Source: Candidatus Gottesmanbacteria bacterium
GTDB lineage: Bacteria; Patescibacteriota; Microgenomatia; 2-02-FULL-39-11
Length of the DNA: 64,000 bases
Direction of reading: 5' to 3'
Assembly: GCA_016186795.1 (NCBI GenBank)
Contig: JACPKY010000002.1
Span: 90,593 to 154,592 of the forward strand
Positions 23,852 to 33,191 of the stretch are shown one piece after another (positions within the stretch are counted from its first letter, which is position 1; each line of letters starts with the position of its first letter). The notes beneath the pieces are model-generated. The model was not told the origin of the DNA. It saw only the letters and a list, made by a program, of their open reading frames with translations, and ran no database searches. A program made the translations under genes and the position numbers.

Positions 23852-24342
23852 ACAAAGAACAAAGAACAAAGAACAAAAAACTGTTCACCGTTCACTGTTC
23901 ACTGTTTACTGATTCCGGTATTACTCTTGTTGAACTTCTTATCGCAATGGCAATTATTACCATACTTGCCGCAGTGTCATTTGGAAACTTTACCAGTACG
24001 CTTATCAAAGGAAGGGACTCGCGAAGAAAACAGGATTTGGAAGCAATTGGGAAGGCGGTTGAGCTTTACTATAATGATATGAAGGCATACCCAACGAGTA
24101 TACCAGCAGGAGGAACTTCGTTCGTCAATCCAAATGACGGGACTGTCATTTATATGCAGAAAATTCCAACTGATCCCCAGAATGCGACAACGCAGTATTG
24201 TCTACTCTCTACCGATGGGACATATTTTCAACTTTACACTCGATTGGAAAATCAGAACGATCCAAGTCTTATTCCGACCATTACGTGCAATTCCATCAAT
24301 GGTTATAACTACGGTCTATCAAGTCCGAATACAACACCATGA
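23848..24342 (+). CDS. Type IV pilin-like (GspG-like) protein
   Basis: G|ITLVELL, RDSRRKQDL, PTDP. Confidence 0.88.
   Translation: MNKEQRTKNKKLFTVHCSLFTDSGITLVELLIAMAIITILAAVSFGNFTSTLIKGRDSRRKQDLEAIGKAVELYYNDMKAYPTSIPAGGTSFVNPNDGTVIYMQKIPTDPQNATTQYCLLSTDGTYFQLYTRLENQNDPSLIPTITCNSINGYNYGLSSPNTTP
23850..23911. repeat. Inverted heptamer array (GAACAAA)4 / (TGTTCAC)-like x4 in a pilin leader
   Basis: Directly visible at the start of the 23848 ORF. Confidence 0.85.
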
Positions 24343-24896
24343 AGAAAAAAATCCCAAATCCCAAATTCCAAATCCCAAATACATTACAAATTCCAAATTC
24401 TAGACATTGGAAATTGAAAATTGAAAATTGGAAATTCCTGGCGGAGCCAGGCTTTACTCTCATTGAACTTTTGGTTGTGATTGCGGTCTTGGCTTTCCTT
24501 TCGGCTCTTCTTCTTCCAAATTTCGTAAGTACCAGGCAGCGTGGTCGAGATGTGCAGCGAAAATCAGATCTCAAGCAAATCCAGAGTGCCCTTGAATTAT
24601 ATAAACTTGACCAAAGTCCGCTTATCTATCCTTCGAGCATGCCTGTTAGTCTTTGTGGTAAGTGCTGGACTTCAGGAGGATCGGGTGCAACGTGTCCATC
24701 TGGCAATGTCTACATCCGTAAATTTCCATGTGATCCGAAAGCTTTGACAACGCCAACACCGTATGTATATGCACGAGATAGTGGAGACTCCTTAAAATAT
24801 ACGCTCTCTTCGTGTTTAGAGAATCCTGCCGATAGCGATCGGGATCAAACATCAGTGTGTGGTACAGATGCTAGTTATACTGTTGCCGAACCATAG
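24339..24896 (+). CDS. Type IV pilin-like (GspG-like) protein
   Basis: G|FTLIELL, RDVQRKSDL, six Cys. Confidence 0.88.
   Translation: MKKKIPNPKFQIPNTLQIPNSRHWKLKIENWKFLAEPGFTLIELLVVIAVLAFLSALLLPNFVSTRQRGRDVQRKSDLKQIQSALELYKLDQSPLIYPSSMPVSLCGKCWTSGGSGATCPSGNVYIRKFPCDPKALTTPTPYVYARDSGDSLKYTLSSCLENPADSDRDQTSVCGTDASYTVAEP
24349..24451. repeat. Heptamer arrays (AAAT[CT]CC)n and (GAAAATT)n plus a mini-hairpin in a pilin leader
   Basis: Visible tandem 7-mers; CCTGGC-gga-GCCAGG at 24437-24451. Confidence 0.85.
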
Positions 24897-24907
24897 GAGG
24901 AAACTAT

Positions 24908-25354
24908 ATGAAAATTCCAAATCTCAAATATCAAATCCCATGTAAATTTCAAGTATCCAGGAAATTCCAGCCTCTGGCTGGTTTTACTCTCCTTGAGCTT
25001 TTGGTTGTGATATCAATTTTGGCAATTCTTATCACTCTTGCTCTTACGTCATTTTCAACCGCTCAGAAAAAGGGGAGAGATGCCAAAAGAAAAAGTGATG
25101 TCCGAGAAATTCAAAGTGCTCTAGAGCAATACTATAGTGTATGCGGGTATAAATATCCGACTCCCACAAATTTCTATTCTGTGGGCATTTACTGTAATAG
25201 TCCGTCAATTGGGATTCTCCCAACTGTTCCTACTGATCCCAAGGGTACTCCCCCATATTACTGTGGAGGGACATGTGATAATTCAGGGTTCCAGGTATGT
25301 GCAGTACTCGAGGCAGAGTCGCCAACTGGATTTTGCGTATCAAATCAACAATGA
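24908..25354 (+). CDS. Type IV pilin-like (GspG-like) protein
   Basis: G|FTLLELL, RDAKRKSDV; AGGAGG upstream. Confidence 0.88.
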   Translation: MKIPNLKYQIPCKFQVSRKFQPLAGFTLLELLVVISILAILITLALTSFSTAQKKGRDAKRKSDVREIQSALEQYYSVCGYKYPTPTNFYSVGIYCNSPSIGILPTVPTDPKGTPPYYCGGTCDNSGFQVCAVLEAESPTGFCVSNQQ

Positions 25355-25794
25355 GAACAAAAAACAAAAATCTGTTTTCTGATTCCGGGTTTACTCTAAT
25401 TGAGCTTCTTGTTGCTTCAACAATTATAGCACTTTTATCAACGATTGGTTTTACCAGTTTTCAGGCCTTAACTCGAAACGGACGAGATGCTCTTCGAAAA
25501 ACTGATCTTGAACAAGTCAGGTCAGCTCTTGAAATTTACAAATCTGAGAACGGAAGTTACCCGACACCGACTGTAACGTGTGTTCCAGCTCTTCCTTCAA
25601 GTTATATATCCTATCCATCAGATCCGAAATCACCAACTTACCGTTACTGTTACGATTGGACAAGTGCTCTTCAGTATAAACTGTGTGCCCATTTGGAAAA
25701 TGGAGATCCTTCTCAGGATTATGAATGTGATGGTAATGGAGGGACGACGGATGATTGTACCGATAACTGTAACTACAAGGTAACAAACCCATAA
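25351..25794 (+). CDS. Type IV pilin-like (GspG-like) protein
   Basis: G|FTLIELL, RDALRKTDL; start at 25351 (ATGA overlap with the upstream stop). Confidence 0.88.
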   Translation: MRTKNKNLFSDSGFTLIELLVASTIIALLSTIGFTSFQALTRNGRDALRKTDLEQVRSALEIYKSENGSYPTPTVTCVPALPSSYISYPSDPKSPTYRYCYDWTSALQYKLCAHLENGDPSQDYECDGNGGTTDDCTDNCNYKVTNP

Positions 25795-26406
25795 ATGGAA
25801 ATCCCAAATTCCAAATCTCAACGTTCAAATAAATCTCAATTATCAAAATCCAGATATTGGAAATTGAAAATTGAAAATTGGAAATTCCAGCCTCTGGCTG
25901 GTTTTACCCTCATAGAACTGATTGTTTCCATCTCTGTTATTTTCATCTTAGTAGGGATGACATTTGCCGGCTTTGCCAGCTTGAATCAGAGACAAACTCT
26001 TCTATCTTCTGGCCAAACAGTGAAAAATATGTTGCGTGATGCACAGAGCCGTGCTATAAACGGGGAGGTTGACTGTTCCGTTTGTAACTGTTCCCAAGGA
26101 TCAACGATACTTTCCGGATGGTATGCAGATTTTGATTCCCGCACTATTTATGGGAAATGTGGAACAAATGTGTTTCCAACAGCCGGTCAGCCATTTGGAG
26201 TATCGGTGGAAATTACGATTGTTCCACACCTTACTCCTCCTACGGTTTTGACGTTCAAATCATATCCACCTGGAACTGACCAAAAAGCAACAATCTGCAT
26301 GTCGCAAACAAATCTTGCCGATCAATACTATGTTATTCGGGTAGGTCAGGGTGGAGAGATAAGTGATGATGGAAGGTTAGTTGCGTCGTGTGAGCCAACA
26401 CCATGA
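25795..26406 (+). CDS. Minor pilin (FimT/GspH-like)
   Basis: G|FTLIELIV, LRDAQSRA. Confidence 0.85.
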   Translation: MEIPNSKSQRSNKSQLSKSRYWKLKIENWKFQPLAGFTLIELIVSISVIFILVGMTFAGFASLNQRQTLLSSGQTVKNMLRDAQSRAINGEVDCSVCNCSQGSTILSGWYADFDSRTIYGKCGTNVFPTAGQPFGVSVEITIVPHLTPPTVLTFKSYPPGTDQKATICMSQTNLADQYYVIRVGQGGEISDDGRLVASCEPTP

Positions 26407-26873
26407 AGAGAAATTTTCAATTTAATGAAAACGGTCAGACTATTCTTGAGGTTCTTATTGCTCTTGCTCTCATAATCCTTTTTTTATCTGGAGTAATTAT
26501 TGTTGAGCTTTTCTCCTTACGAAATGCTCAGTATGCACAGAATAAGAGTATTGCAACACACCTTGCCAGACAGCAGTTGGAGCGGGCGCGGGTTGTTCGA
26601 GATACGGCAGGAATTGATGCCTTAAGTATCTGTACGTCTGCTAATCCCTGCTTTATAAATCCGAGCCTTACGCCGACTCAAGTCCTTCCGACTGGAACGT
26701 ATGAACAGCAATTGGTTGTTACCGATGCCACGGTAACTGAGTGTCCCCTTCCGACGGTAACACCCCCTCCGGTCAATTACAAGGCAAGTGTAACTATTTC
26801 ATGGGCACAAGGAGCACAGCTAACACCCGCACCAGAAGTCTCGTTATCCACATGCATTACTGATTGGAGATGA
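26403..26873 (+). CDS. Minor pilin (PilV-like)
   Basis: G|QTILEVLIALAL, ATHLARQQLERAR. Confidence 0.8.
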   Translation: MKRNFQFNENGQTILEVLIALALIILFLSGVIIVELFSLRNAQYAQNKSIATHLARQQLERARVVRDTAGIDALSICTSANPCFINPSLTPTQVLPTGTYEQQLVVTDATVTECPLPTVTPPPVNYKASVTISWAQGAQLTPAPEVSLSTCITDWR

Positions 26874-26874
26874 A

Positions 26875-27417
26875 ATGAAAAGTCAAAAGGCCGGCTTTAC
26901 CCTCATTGAACTAATGATTGTTATCACTCTCGTAGGGATTATTGGAACAATCACCACCCAGGTATTTTTGATTAATGTTCGTTCTCAAAACAAAAGCGAG
27001 ATTGTGAAAGAAGTCAAACAAAACGGTGATTACGCCTCTGCAGCAATGGAGATCATGATCAGAAATGCCATCGATGTGCCTTCTTTACAGTGTAATGCGC
27101 AAGCTGCCGATCAGCTAACCATCACGAACCAGGATGGCAATTCGACAACGTTTGACTGTTCTGATGATATTAAAATTGCATCAATAAGTAGCACGTTTCC
27201 CTCTTTGCCTCAGTCATTGACAAGTTCAAAAGTCAAAGTGACGGGTTGCTTTTTCAAAATTATCTGTCCTACTCCCCCACTCTCCCCAAAATATGTCTAT
27301 ATGGGCTTTCGAGTGTGCCAGACAGGAGACGATCCGTGTCCTGGTGGCACAAATTTTTCCGTCGATACCCGGGCGTCGTTGGAATACGAGACAACGGTGA
27401 CACTACGAAATTATTGA
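26875..27417 (+). CDS. Minor pilin (PilW-like)
   Basis: G|FTLIELMIV, MIRNA, ETTVTLRN end. Confidence 0.85.
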   Translation: MKSQKAGFTLIELMIVITLVGIIGTITTQVFLINVRSQNKSEIVKEVKQNGDYASAAMEIMIRNAIDVPSLQCNAQAADQLTITNQDGNSTTFDCSDDIKIASISSTFPSLPQSLTSSKVKVTGCFFKIICPTPPLSPKYVYMGFRVCQTGDDPCPGGTNFSVDTRASLEYETTVTLRNY

Positions 27418-27427
27418 TACGTGCTTC

Positions 27428-27456
27428 TTGACAAAACTATAGGATAGTGATATAGT
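27428..27456 (+). promoter_or_regulatory. Sigma70-type promoter
   Basis: TTGACA-17 bp-TATAGT. Confidence 0.7.
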
Positions 27457-27467
27457 TTGATGGACCA

Positions 27468-27557
27468 ATGAATACCCACTTTTTTTATTACGAGAGCATC
27501 TTTGAGAGGATCTTTTTCCAAGATCTTCTTTTTACAAGAAGATATACATCAAACTAA
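27468..27557 (+). CDS. Putative 29-aa Phe/Tyr-rich leader peptide
   Basis: Hand translation MNTHFFYYESIFERIFFQDLLFTRRYTSN*, lying between a promoter and a terminator. Confidence 0.35.
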   Translation: MNTHFFYYESIFERIFFQDLLFTRRYTSN

Positions 27558-27583
27558 CCTGCAGTAAGTGCAGGTTTTTATTT
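27556..27583 (+). terminator. Intrinsic terminator-like hairpin upstream of the 746-aa gene
   Basis: AACCTGCA-gtaag-TGCAGGTT followed by TTTATTT. Confidence 0.65.
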
Positions 27584-27603
27584 AGTGACCGTAAAACCAC
27601 GAT

Positions 27604-29844
27604 ATGCACGAAGGTGATCCAACACAAGGACCTGGTATACTAGATAGAATGGGAGAAGGCGGAATATCACCAGACATGGTAGGGCCGGAATTTGTCCGTC
27701 TTCAAGCACTCCAGGAATTGGGACTTCCTGAGAAAGCGGATGTTGTTCCCTACTCAGTTGGTAGATGGGGAAAAGATGCATCGACTGGACTTCTGTTAGC
27801 TTTGGGAGCAGGAGTCGCTTCTTCTGGTACTAGATCCGGTGATCCATCTTCTTCAGATGGTGGTGGAAATGACTCTACCCAATCTGTCCGTCGTCCTGAT
27901 GGTATAGTATCAAGAAGAGGATTCTTAGGATTGGTTGCTACCGCTTCGGCTGCAGCAGCATTGGCTGCTTGCACTTCACCCGCTCAACGAACCCAAGCCT
28001 CGGCTCCTGTTCCTGAAGGCGGTAATCCCCCAGTTCCTCCTGGTCCTACCCCAACGATTGAAATTAAGACGGGCGCTGTTGCAAGTTTGGAGAAGGATTT
28101 TGATACATCAGACGAAACTGAACTTCTGAATAGTATTCGTCAACATTTTTCCCAACAACTGGATGCTTTACGAGCGCAATTTCCTCAAGAAAGAATTCCC
28201 TCAATGCGACTTTCCGTCAATACGACTGAACTTTTAGAAAATGGTAAACATGGATTATCAATTGAGCTTACTGAAATTGAAGGGAAAAGAAAATATGCAT
28301 ACTTTGGATATGATACGAATGGGCAGGGAGGAGCTTGGGTTTCACTCCCTCAGGATGTTACCTATTACACTGATCCTGACGGAAATTACTATAGTGACCG
28401 ATTTGATAGTACGAGTACTCGTTGGCAGCCGATTTTCCAGGATAATGATGGAAATATTTTCCGAAACAGACTTGGAATGTTGGTAGGATTAGGTTCAAAT
28501 GAGATAAAACTGGGGATAACCGAAAATTCTGCTGCTACATCTCAATTTCTCACGAGGGTTGGGGCACGTCTGCATGATTTCGTTCGGGATGAAGTCTTTC
28601 TTCAAGGGGGAAATTCTCAGAGAATATATGACGAACGGGCAAATAATGCTACATTTCTTATGAAAGTAAAGTATGATACAAGATTAAAGCAGTTATATGG
28701 CGTTATCGAGCGGACACGCATTTGGAACGGTCAAGAAACAAGGGAAATCTTCATCGTCCGGCAAGACGGTCAGTTTTTCCAAATCAAGCCGTTGGCGAAA
28801 GGTCCAGGAGGCGAAGAGTACGGATACCGACTCAATCGCCAGAGTGGTCTTATCGAAGTAGTACGGAATGGTGAGCAGCAAGGTGAGGTAAAGGACTTTG
28901 ATAATACTGGAGAGGCACGGACAAATATTGCCGGTGTAAGCACTATTCAACAGCAAGAAGAACTGCCTACTCCACCACCTCAACCAAATACTCCAGAGCC
29001 GACAGCAACAATTCAAGTTGTACTACAGGCTACAGCAGTCCCGACAGCAACAGTTGAACCAATAAAAACACCGGAGCCGGAGATCGATCCCCATCCATAC
29101 TCAGTTGTTCGTACTATAGATTATGGTAGTCTTGATAGTTCATTGTTTAATAATGGAATAGAACAACAAGGATATTATGTGTCAAGTCCACCATTCCAAA
29201 ATGAACAATCATTTGCCGAAATTATTGATGATCCTACAGGGCAATTTGGTGGAAAAGTTGTTCATGCAGTTATAAAAGGACCACCTCCTCCTCATGATAC
29301 AAAAAAGTGGGGACCAGCACATCGTGATTATTATGGATTTGATCCTGCTGATTTGGAACAAAACGGCTCGTATGCAGTAGAATTTGACCACCTAGTAGTT
29401 CCTACCAAACAAGTCCTGAAAGCCACTGGGAATGGTCCAGATGCATGGAACAGTGTTATCTCCTTAGGAGTGGTGGATAAGAACCAAGGGGGGTGGCCAT
29501 ATAGAGTTGTTGCTGGAGTTGATTTAGTTACAGTTGGTCCATATCCCCATCTTCGTCCTTATGCAGTATATCCTGATGGTATTTCCCGGATAGTTGATTT
29601 TAAGGACGGTCAACCAGAATTCCATTTTGGTATAAAGACTAAGATTCGAGTTGAACTGGTTGATATGGGAGACAGTCAGCGTGTATATATTTTTCAAGAC
29701 GGAGTTTTTGTAGGAGAAACGAGATTAAGATTACCCCCCGGTGTTAAATTATCACAAGGAAACATAAGGACTCCGGGAGGGTACGCGGGAGCGGCGGTTA
29801 CCGATCTTGAATCTTACTCAGGTGAAGTGAAAATACTTAGTTAA
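27604..29844 (+). CDS. Large putative surface lipoprotein with an internal twin-arginine-like signal and Pro/Thr linkers
   Basis: SRRGFLGLV...LAAC lipobox-like motif; PT-rich linkers; beta-rich C-terminal domain. Confidence 0.65.
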   Translation: MHEGDPTQGPGILDRMGEGGISPDMVGPEFVRLQALQELGLPEKADVVPYSVGRWGKDASTGLLLALGAGVASSGTRSGDPSSSDGGGNDSTQSVRRPDGIVSRRGFLGLVATASAAAALAACTSPAQRTQASAPVPEGGNPPVPPGPTPTIEIKTGAVASLEKDFDTSDETELLNSIRQHFSQQLDALRAQFPQERIPSMRLSVNTTELLENGKHGLSIELTEIEGKRKYAYFGYDTNGQGGAWVSLPQDVTYYTDPDGNYYSDRFDSTSTRWQPIFQDNDGNIFRNRLGMLVGLGSNEIKLGITENSAATSQFLTRVGARLHDFVRDEVFLQGGNSQRIYDERANNATFLMKVKYDTRLKQLYGVIERTRIWNGQETREIFIVRQDGQFFQIKPLAKGPGGEEYGYRLNRQSGLIEVVRNGEQQGEVKDFDNTGEARTNIAGVSTIQQQEELPTPPPQPNTPEPTATIQVVLQATAVPTATVEPIKTPEPEIDPHPYSVVRTIDYGSLDSSLFNNGIEQQGYYVSSPPFQNEQSFAEIIDDPTGQFGGKVVHAVIKGPPPPHDTKKWGPAHRDYYGFDPADLEQNGSYAVEFDHLVVPTKQVLKATGNGPDAWNSVISLGVVDKNQGGWPYRVVAGVDLVTVGPYPHLRPYAVYPDGISRIVDFKDGQPEFHFGIKTKIRVELVDMGDSQRVYIFQDGVFVGETRLRLPPGVKLSQGNIRTPGGYAGAAVTDLESYSGEVKILS

Positions 29845-29858
29845 CGATTTTTGGGAAG

Positions 29859-30788
29859 CTAGGATAAAAATAGATGAGAAATCGCCTCTGCTAAATACCG
29901 TATCTTTGCTTTCTTATGAAACCAGTGAGTCCGACTCATTAAAATTAATACAGAATAAACTACTAATCTTATACTAAAGCCCCAAAATAATATAATAAAA
30001 CAGATATACACATAGGCAGTCGAATAATATTTCCGTAAGTAATATTTCATACTTCTGATATATATTTTTCCATTCTTCTCCCCATGAAAACTTTGATGTT
30101 CGTAATGGATAGCCTCTGCTGATGGAGTGTATTTAATTTTTAGACCTAAGCTTTGGAATCTTTTACATAAGTCTAAATCTTCAAAATACAAAAAAAAGTT
30201 TTCATCGAATCCTTTCACATCATGAAAGGGTCTCATTCGAATAAGCATACATACTCCACTTACCGCAGAGATGTTTTTCACCCTCATATATAACTTGCGG
30301 TTGGAAAATGAATGTTCAAAGTGAGAAGGGAATAATTTATATACATACGTTTGTTCAAGAAAAATATTTTTAAGATTTACTTCTGGGAGGATCGTATACT
30401 CCAATTTATCTTCATCGGTTAATATTTTGGGAGCAATAATTGCTACATTTTTAATGGACGTATATTCAATTAGATTTTTGAGTAAATTCTTCTTCGCAAT
30501 AGTATCTGGATTAATTATGAAAAACCAGTCACTTTCTACATATCTCGATCCTATATTGATTCCTTTTGCAAAACCTTGATTATCTCTATTTTTAATAAAT
30601 CTAACTTTTAAATTCGGATCTAAATTAATGTTTGCCTCCGAAGTACCATTTAAAACGATAATAAACTTAATTTCTATATTTGCGCATAGCGCTGATTGAT
30701 GGAGGCTTGAGATACAAGAACTAAGATATTTTTTGTCCTCTTCAACTACCAGAATTATTCCGGAAATAAATACATTCTTTTTTTTCAT
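29859..30788 (-). CDS. Glycosyltransferase family 2
   Basis: NQGFAKGIN, INPD, GFDENFFLYFEDLDLC. Confidence 0.9.
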   Translation of the reverse strand: MKKKNVFISGIILVVEEDKKYLSSCISSLHQSALCANIEIKFIIVLNGTSEANINLDPNLKVRFIKNRDNQGFAKGINIGSRYVESDWFFIINPDTIAKKNLLKNLIEYTSIKNVAIIAPKILTDEDKLEYTILPEVNLKNIFLEQTYVYKLFPSHFEHSFSNRKLYMRVKNISAVSGVCMLIRMRPFHDVKGFDENFFLYFEDLDLCKRFQSLGLKIKYTPSAEAIHYEHQSFHGEKNGKIYIRSMKYYLRKYYSTAYVYICFIILFWGFSIRLVVYSVLILMSRTHWFHKKAKIRYLAEAISHLFLS

Positions 30789-31945
30789 GTATTTAGTATA
30801 TTAAGAAACTCAGAGATTCTATTTTGCCAAGAATTTTTTATCGCCTCTTTTTTCCTCATTCTTGCTAGATATTTTGCTTTTTCATTCAATGCTATTTGTG
30901 TATTCCTAATAAATTCTTTGTTATTTTTTGACCAATATAACAATTTTTTTTTGGACAAACTTTTTAGAGCTGGTAATGCAGTAGATACAATTGGTTTTCC
31001 TTTGCATAAATATTCATTTACTTTCACCGGATAAGCATACTTACCATATTTTCCAAGAGAATAGGGTATTATACAGGCTTTAAAGCTCTCGATGTAATTT
31101 GGAATTGTGCTATATTTCTTCTTTCCGAGAAAGTAAAAATTCTTCATCTTATTCAATTTTTTTATTATTTCCTCATTTTGAATATGGAACGTGCCAAGGA
31201 AAACAAATGAAATATTATGAAAATGTTTTAATAGCTTTAGTAATAATTGAAAATTTATCCTCCAATCATATAGTGAACCAATAAAACCGATCCTTGGCTC
31301 CGGAATATAAGAAGTCTTTCTAGAAATCAGTATTGTATTTTTAGAAGAATTCTTTATAAATGGAGAAAGCTCTGCTGGGGTAGTATATAAGATGACTCGA
31401 GTGTGTTTTTTTTTAAAGAGTCTATACAATGGAATGGAAGCCGTAATAACAAGAGATGAGTTTAGAAGAGTTTTCCTTTCTAAAGATTTAAGTTGATTTC
31501 TTTGTAAGTTATTTGACCAATATGGTAATGACATATAATTATCTAAGACATAATAAATTACCCGGTGTGTGCTATTTATTGTATTTAATTGATTAAATAA
31601 ATAAGATATTTCAGGTGTAAAAGAAATAATATTGTATGCTCGATTTGATAAACTAGTTATTGAAGTAAAAATTATATAGTTAAAAACGTGGTTAAGTTTA
31701 TTTATGAGAGGAATATTTCTTCCAAAAGGTAATAGTCCGATGGAATGAAATATTGTAAGATTGGTATTAACTCTCTCTGAGAGTTTTATCTTTCTTAAGA
31801 ATACTAAGACCAAATTTTTGAATCTCGGATATTCAAAACAATGAACTTTCCTGTACCTTGATAAATATTTTGGAAGAGTTTGTTCGATTCTGTCTAAATC
31901 ATTTAAGAAAGGTCCACCCAGTAAAATTACATTATCTTTAATCAT
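30785..31945 (-). CDS. GT-B fold glycosyltransferase
   Basis: IGFIGSL, YPVKVNEYLCKGKPIVST, NSWQNR. Confidence 0.85.
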   Translation of the reverse strand: MIKDNVILLGGPFLNDLDRIEQTLPKYLSRYRKVHCFEYPRFKNLVLVFLRKIKLSERVNTNLTIFHSIGLLPFGRNIPLINKLNHVFNYIIFTSITSLSNRAYNIISFTPEISYLFNQLNTINSTHRVIYYVLDNYMSLPYWSNNLQRNQLKSLERKTLLNSSLVITASIPLYRLFKKKHTRVILYTTPAELSPFIKNSSKNTILISRKTSYIPEPRIGFIGSLYDWRINFQLLLKLLKHFHNISFVFLGTFHIQNEEIIKKLNKMKNFYFLGKKKYSTIPNYIESFKACIIPYSLGKYGKYAYPVKVNEYLCKGKPIVSTALPALKSLSKKKLLYWSKNNKEFIRNTQIALNEKAKYLARMRKKEAIKNSWQNRISEFLNILNT

Positions 31946-33178
31946 ATGAGAGTACTACAAGTCAATAAATTTTATCATATTGTAGGAGGAACTGATCGGA
32001 ATTTTTTAGAATTAAGCAGTCTCCTTACCAAAAAGAAAAATAGAGTTGCATTATTTTCTATGAAAGATAACAGGAATTATTCTTCCCCGTGGGAAAAATA
32101 TTTTGTAAGCAATGTTGACCTGAGTAAAAAAGATTTTTTGAATAGTCTAAAAGTAATTTCTCGAATATTTTACTCATTAGAAGCAAAGAAGAAAATAAAT
32201 TTACTTTTGGATGATTTCAAGCCTGATATCGCTCATGTACACCAGATTTATCACCATATATCCCCTTCAATTCTCCTTGAGCTTAAAAAGCGGAACATTC
32301 CTATTGTTCATACTGTGAGTGATTATCATCTGATTTCTCCTCATCATAATAACCTTTTTCACAATGGGAAAATTTGTGAGGTATCAAAAGTCCGTCGGTT
32401 TTACAACACTGTACTTCATAAATGTGTGAAAGATTCATATCTTGCCAGTTTTGTAGAAGCTGTTGAACAATACTTCCATCGTCTATTTGGATTCTATTCA
32501 AATACAATAGATTACTATATTGCTCCTAGTAGATTTCTAGAGAAAAAACTCATTGAATATAATATCCCTGAAAGAAAGATATGTCATATCCCCTATTTTA
32601 TTCATGCTGATAAATATGAACCGGATTTTACTCCGGGGCGTTATGTCCTTTATTTTGGTAGACTATCATCTGAAAAAGGGTTATTATTTCTGACCCATGT
32701 TATAGAGAAATTGCCCAAAATAAAATTTAAGATAATAGGAGATGGAATAGAAAAGGACAATTTAGTAAAGATCAAAAACCAGAAACAACTCAATAATTTA
32801 GAGATTATTTCTCGGTTTATTCCAGAAAATGAACTTAAGGGATACATACGAAAGAGTCGATTTACAATATTACCTTCTGAGTCTTATGAAATATTTGGCA
32901 TATCACCTCTTGAGGCATTTGCACTGGGGAAATTAGTGGTCACAAGTGATATGGGAGCTTTACCGGAGGTAAATCGTGATGGAGAAACCGGGTTTGTTTT
33001 TCAATCGGGAAAAGTGAACAATTGTATTGAGAAAATTTCTAAACTTTGGTATGACAAACAATTATGCAAGAGGCTTGGGAAGAATGCACGAAATTATGTC
33101 GAAAAATATTTCGGACCAGAGGAACATTACGAAAAACTGATGGCGATTTATAAAGAAGCAATTGCTAAACATAAATAA
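31946..33178 (+). CDS. Glycosyltransferase family 4
   Basis: MRVLQVNKFY..GG, YFGRLSSEKG, EAFALGK. Confidence 0.9.
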   Translation: MRVLQVNKFYHIVGGTDRNFLELSSLLTKKKNRVALFSMKDNRNYSSPWEKYFVSNVDLSKKDFLNSLKVISRIFYSLEAKKKINLLLDDFKPDIAHVHQIYHHISPSILLELKKRNIPIVHTVSDYHLISPHHNNLFHNGKICEVSKVRRFYNTVLHKCVKDSYLASFVEAVEQYFHRLFGFYSNTIDYYIAPSRFLEKKLIEYNIPERKICHIPYFIHADKYEPDFTPGRYVLYFGRLSSEKGLLFLTHVIEKLPKIKFKIIGDGIEKDNLVKIKNQKQLNNLEIISRFIPENELKGYIRKSRFTILPSESYEIFGISPLEAFALGKLVVTSDMGALPEVNRDGETGFVFQSGKVNNCIEKISKLWYDKQLCKRLGKNARNYVEKYFGPEEHYEKLMAIYKEAIAKHK

Positions 33179-33191
33179 AATATAATGAGAA

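Noticed and set aside
23848-27417. Diversity-generating retroelement or shufflon acting on pilins
   Set aside because: No reverse transcriptase, no adenine-specific TR/VR pair, no adjacent invertase; all pilins are on one strand
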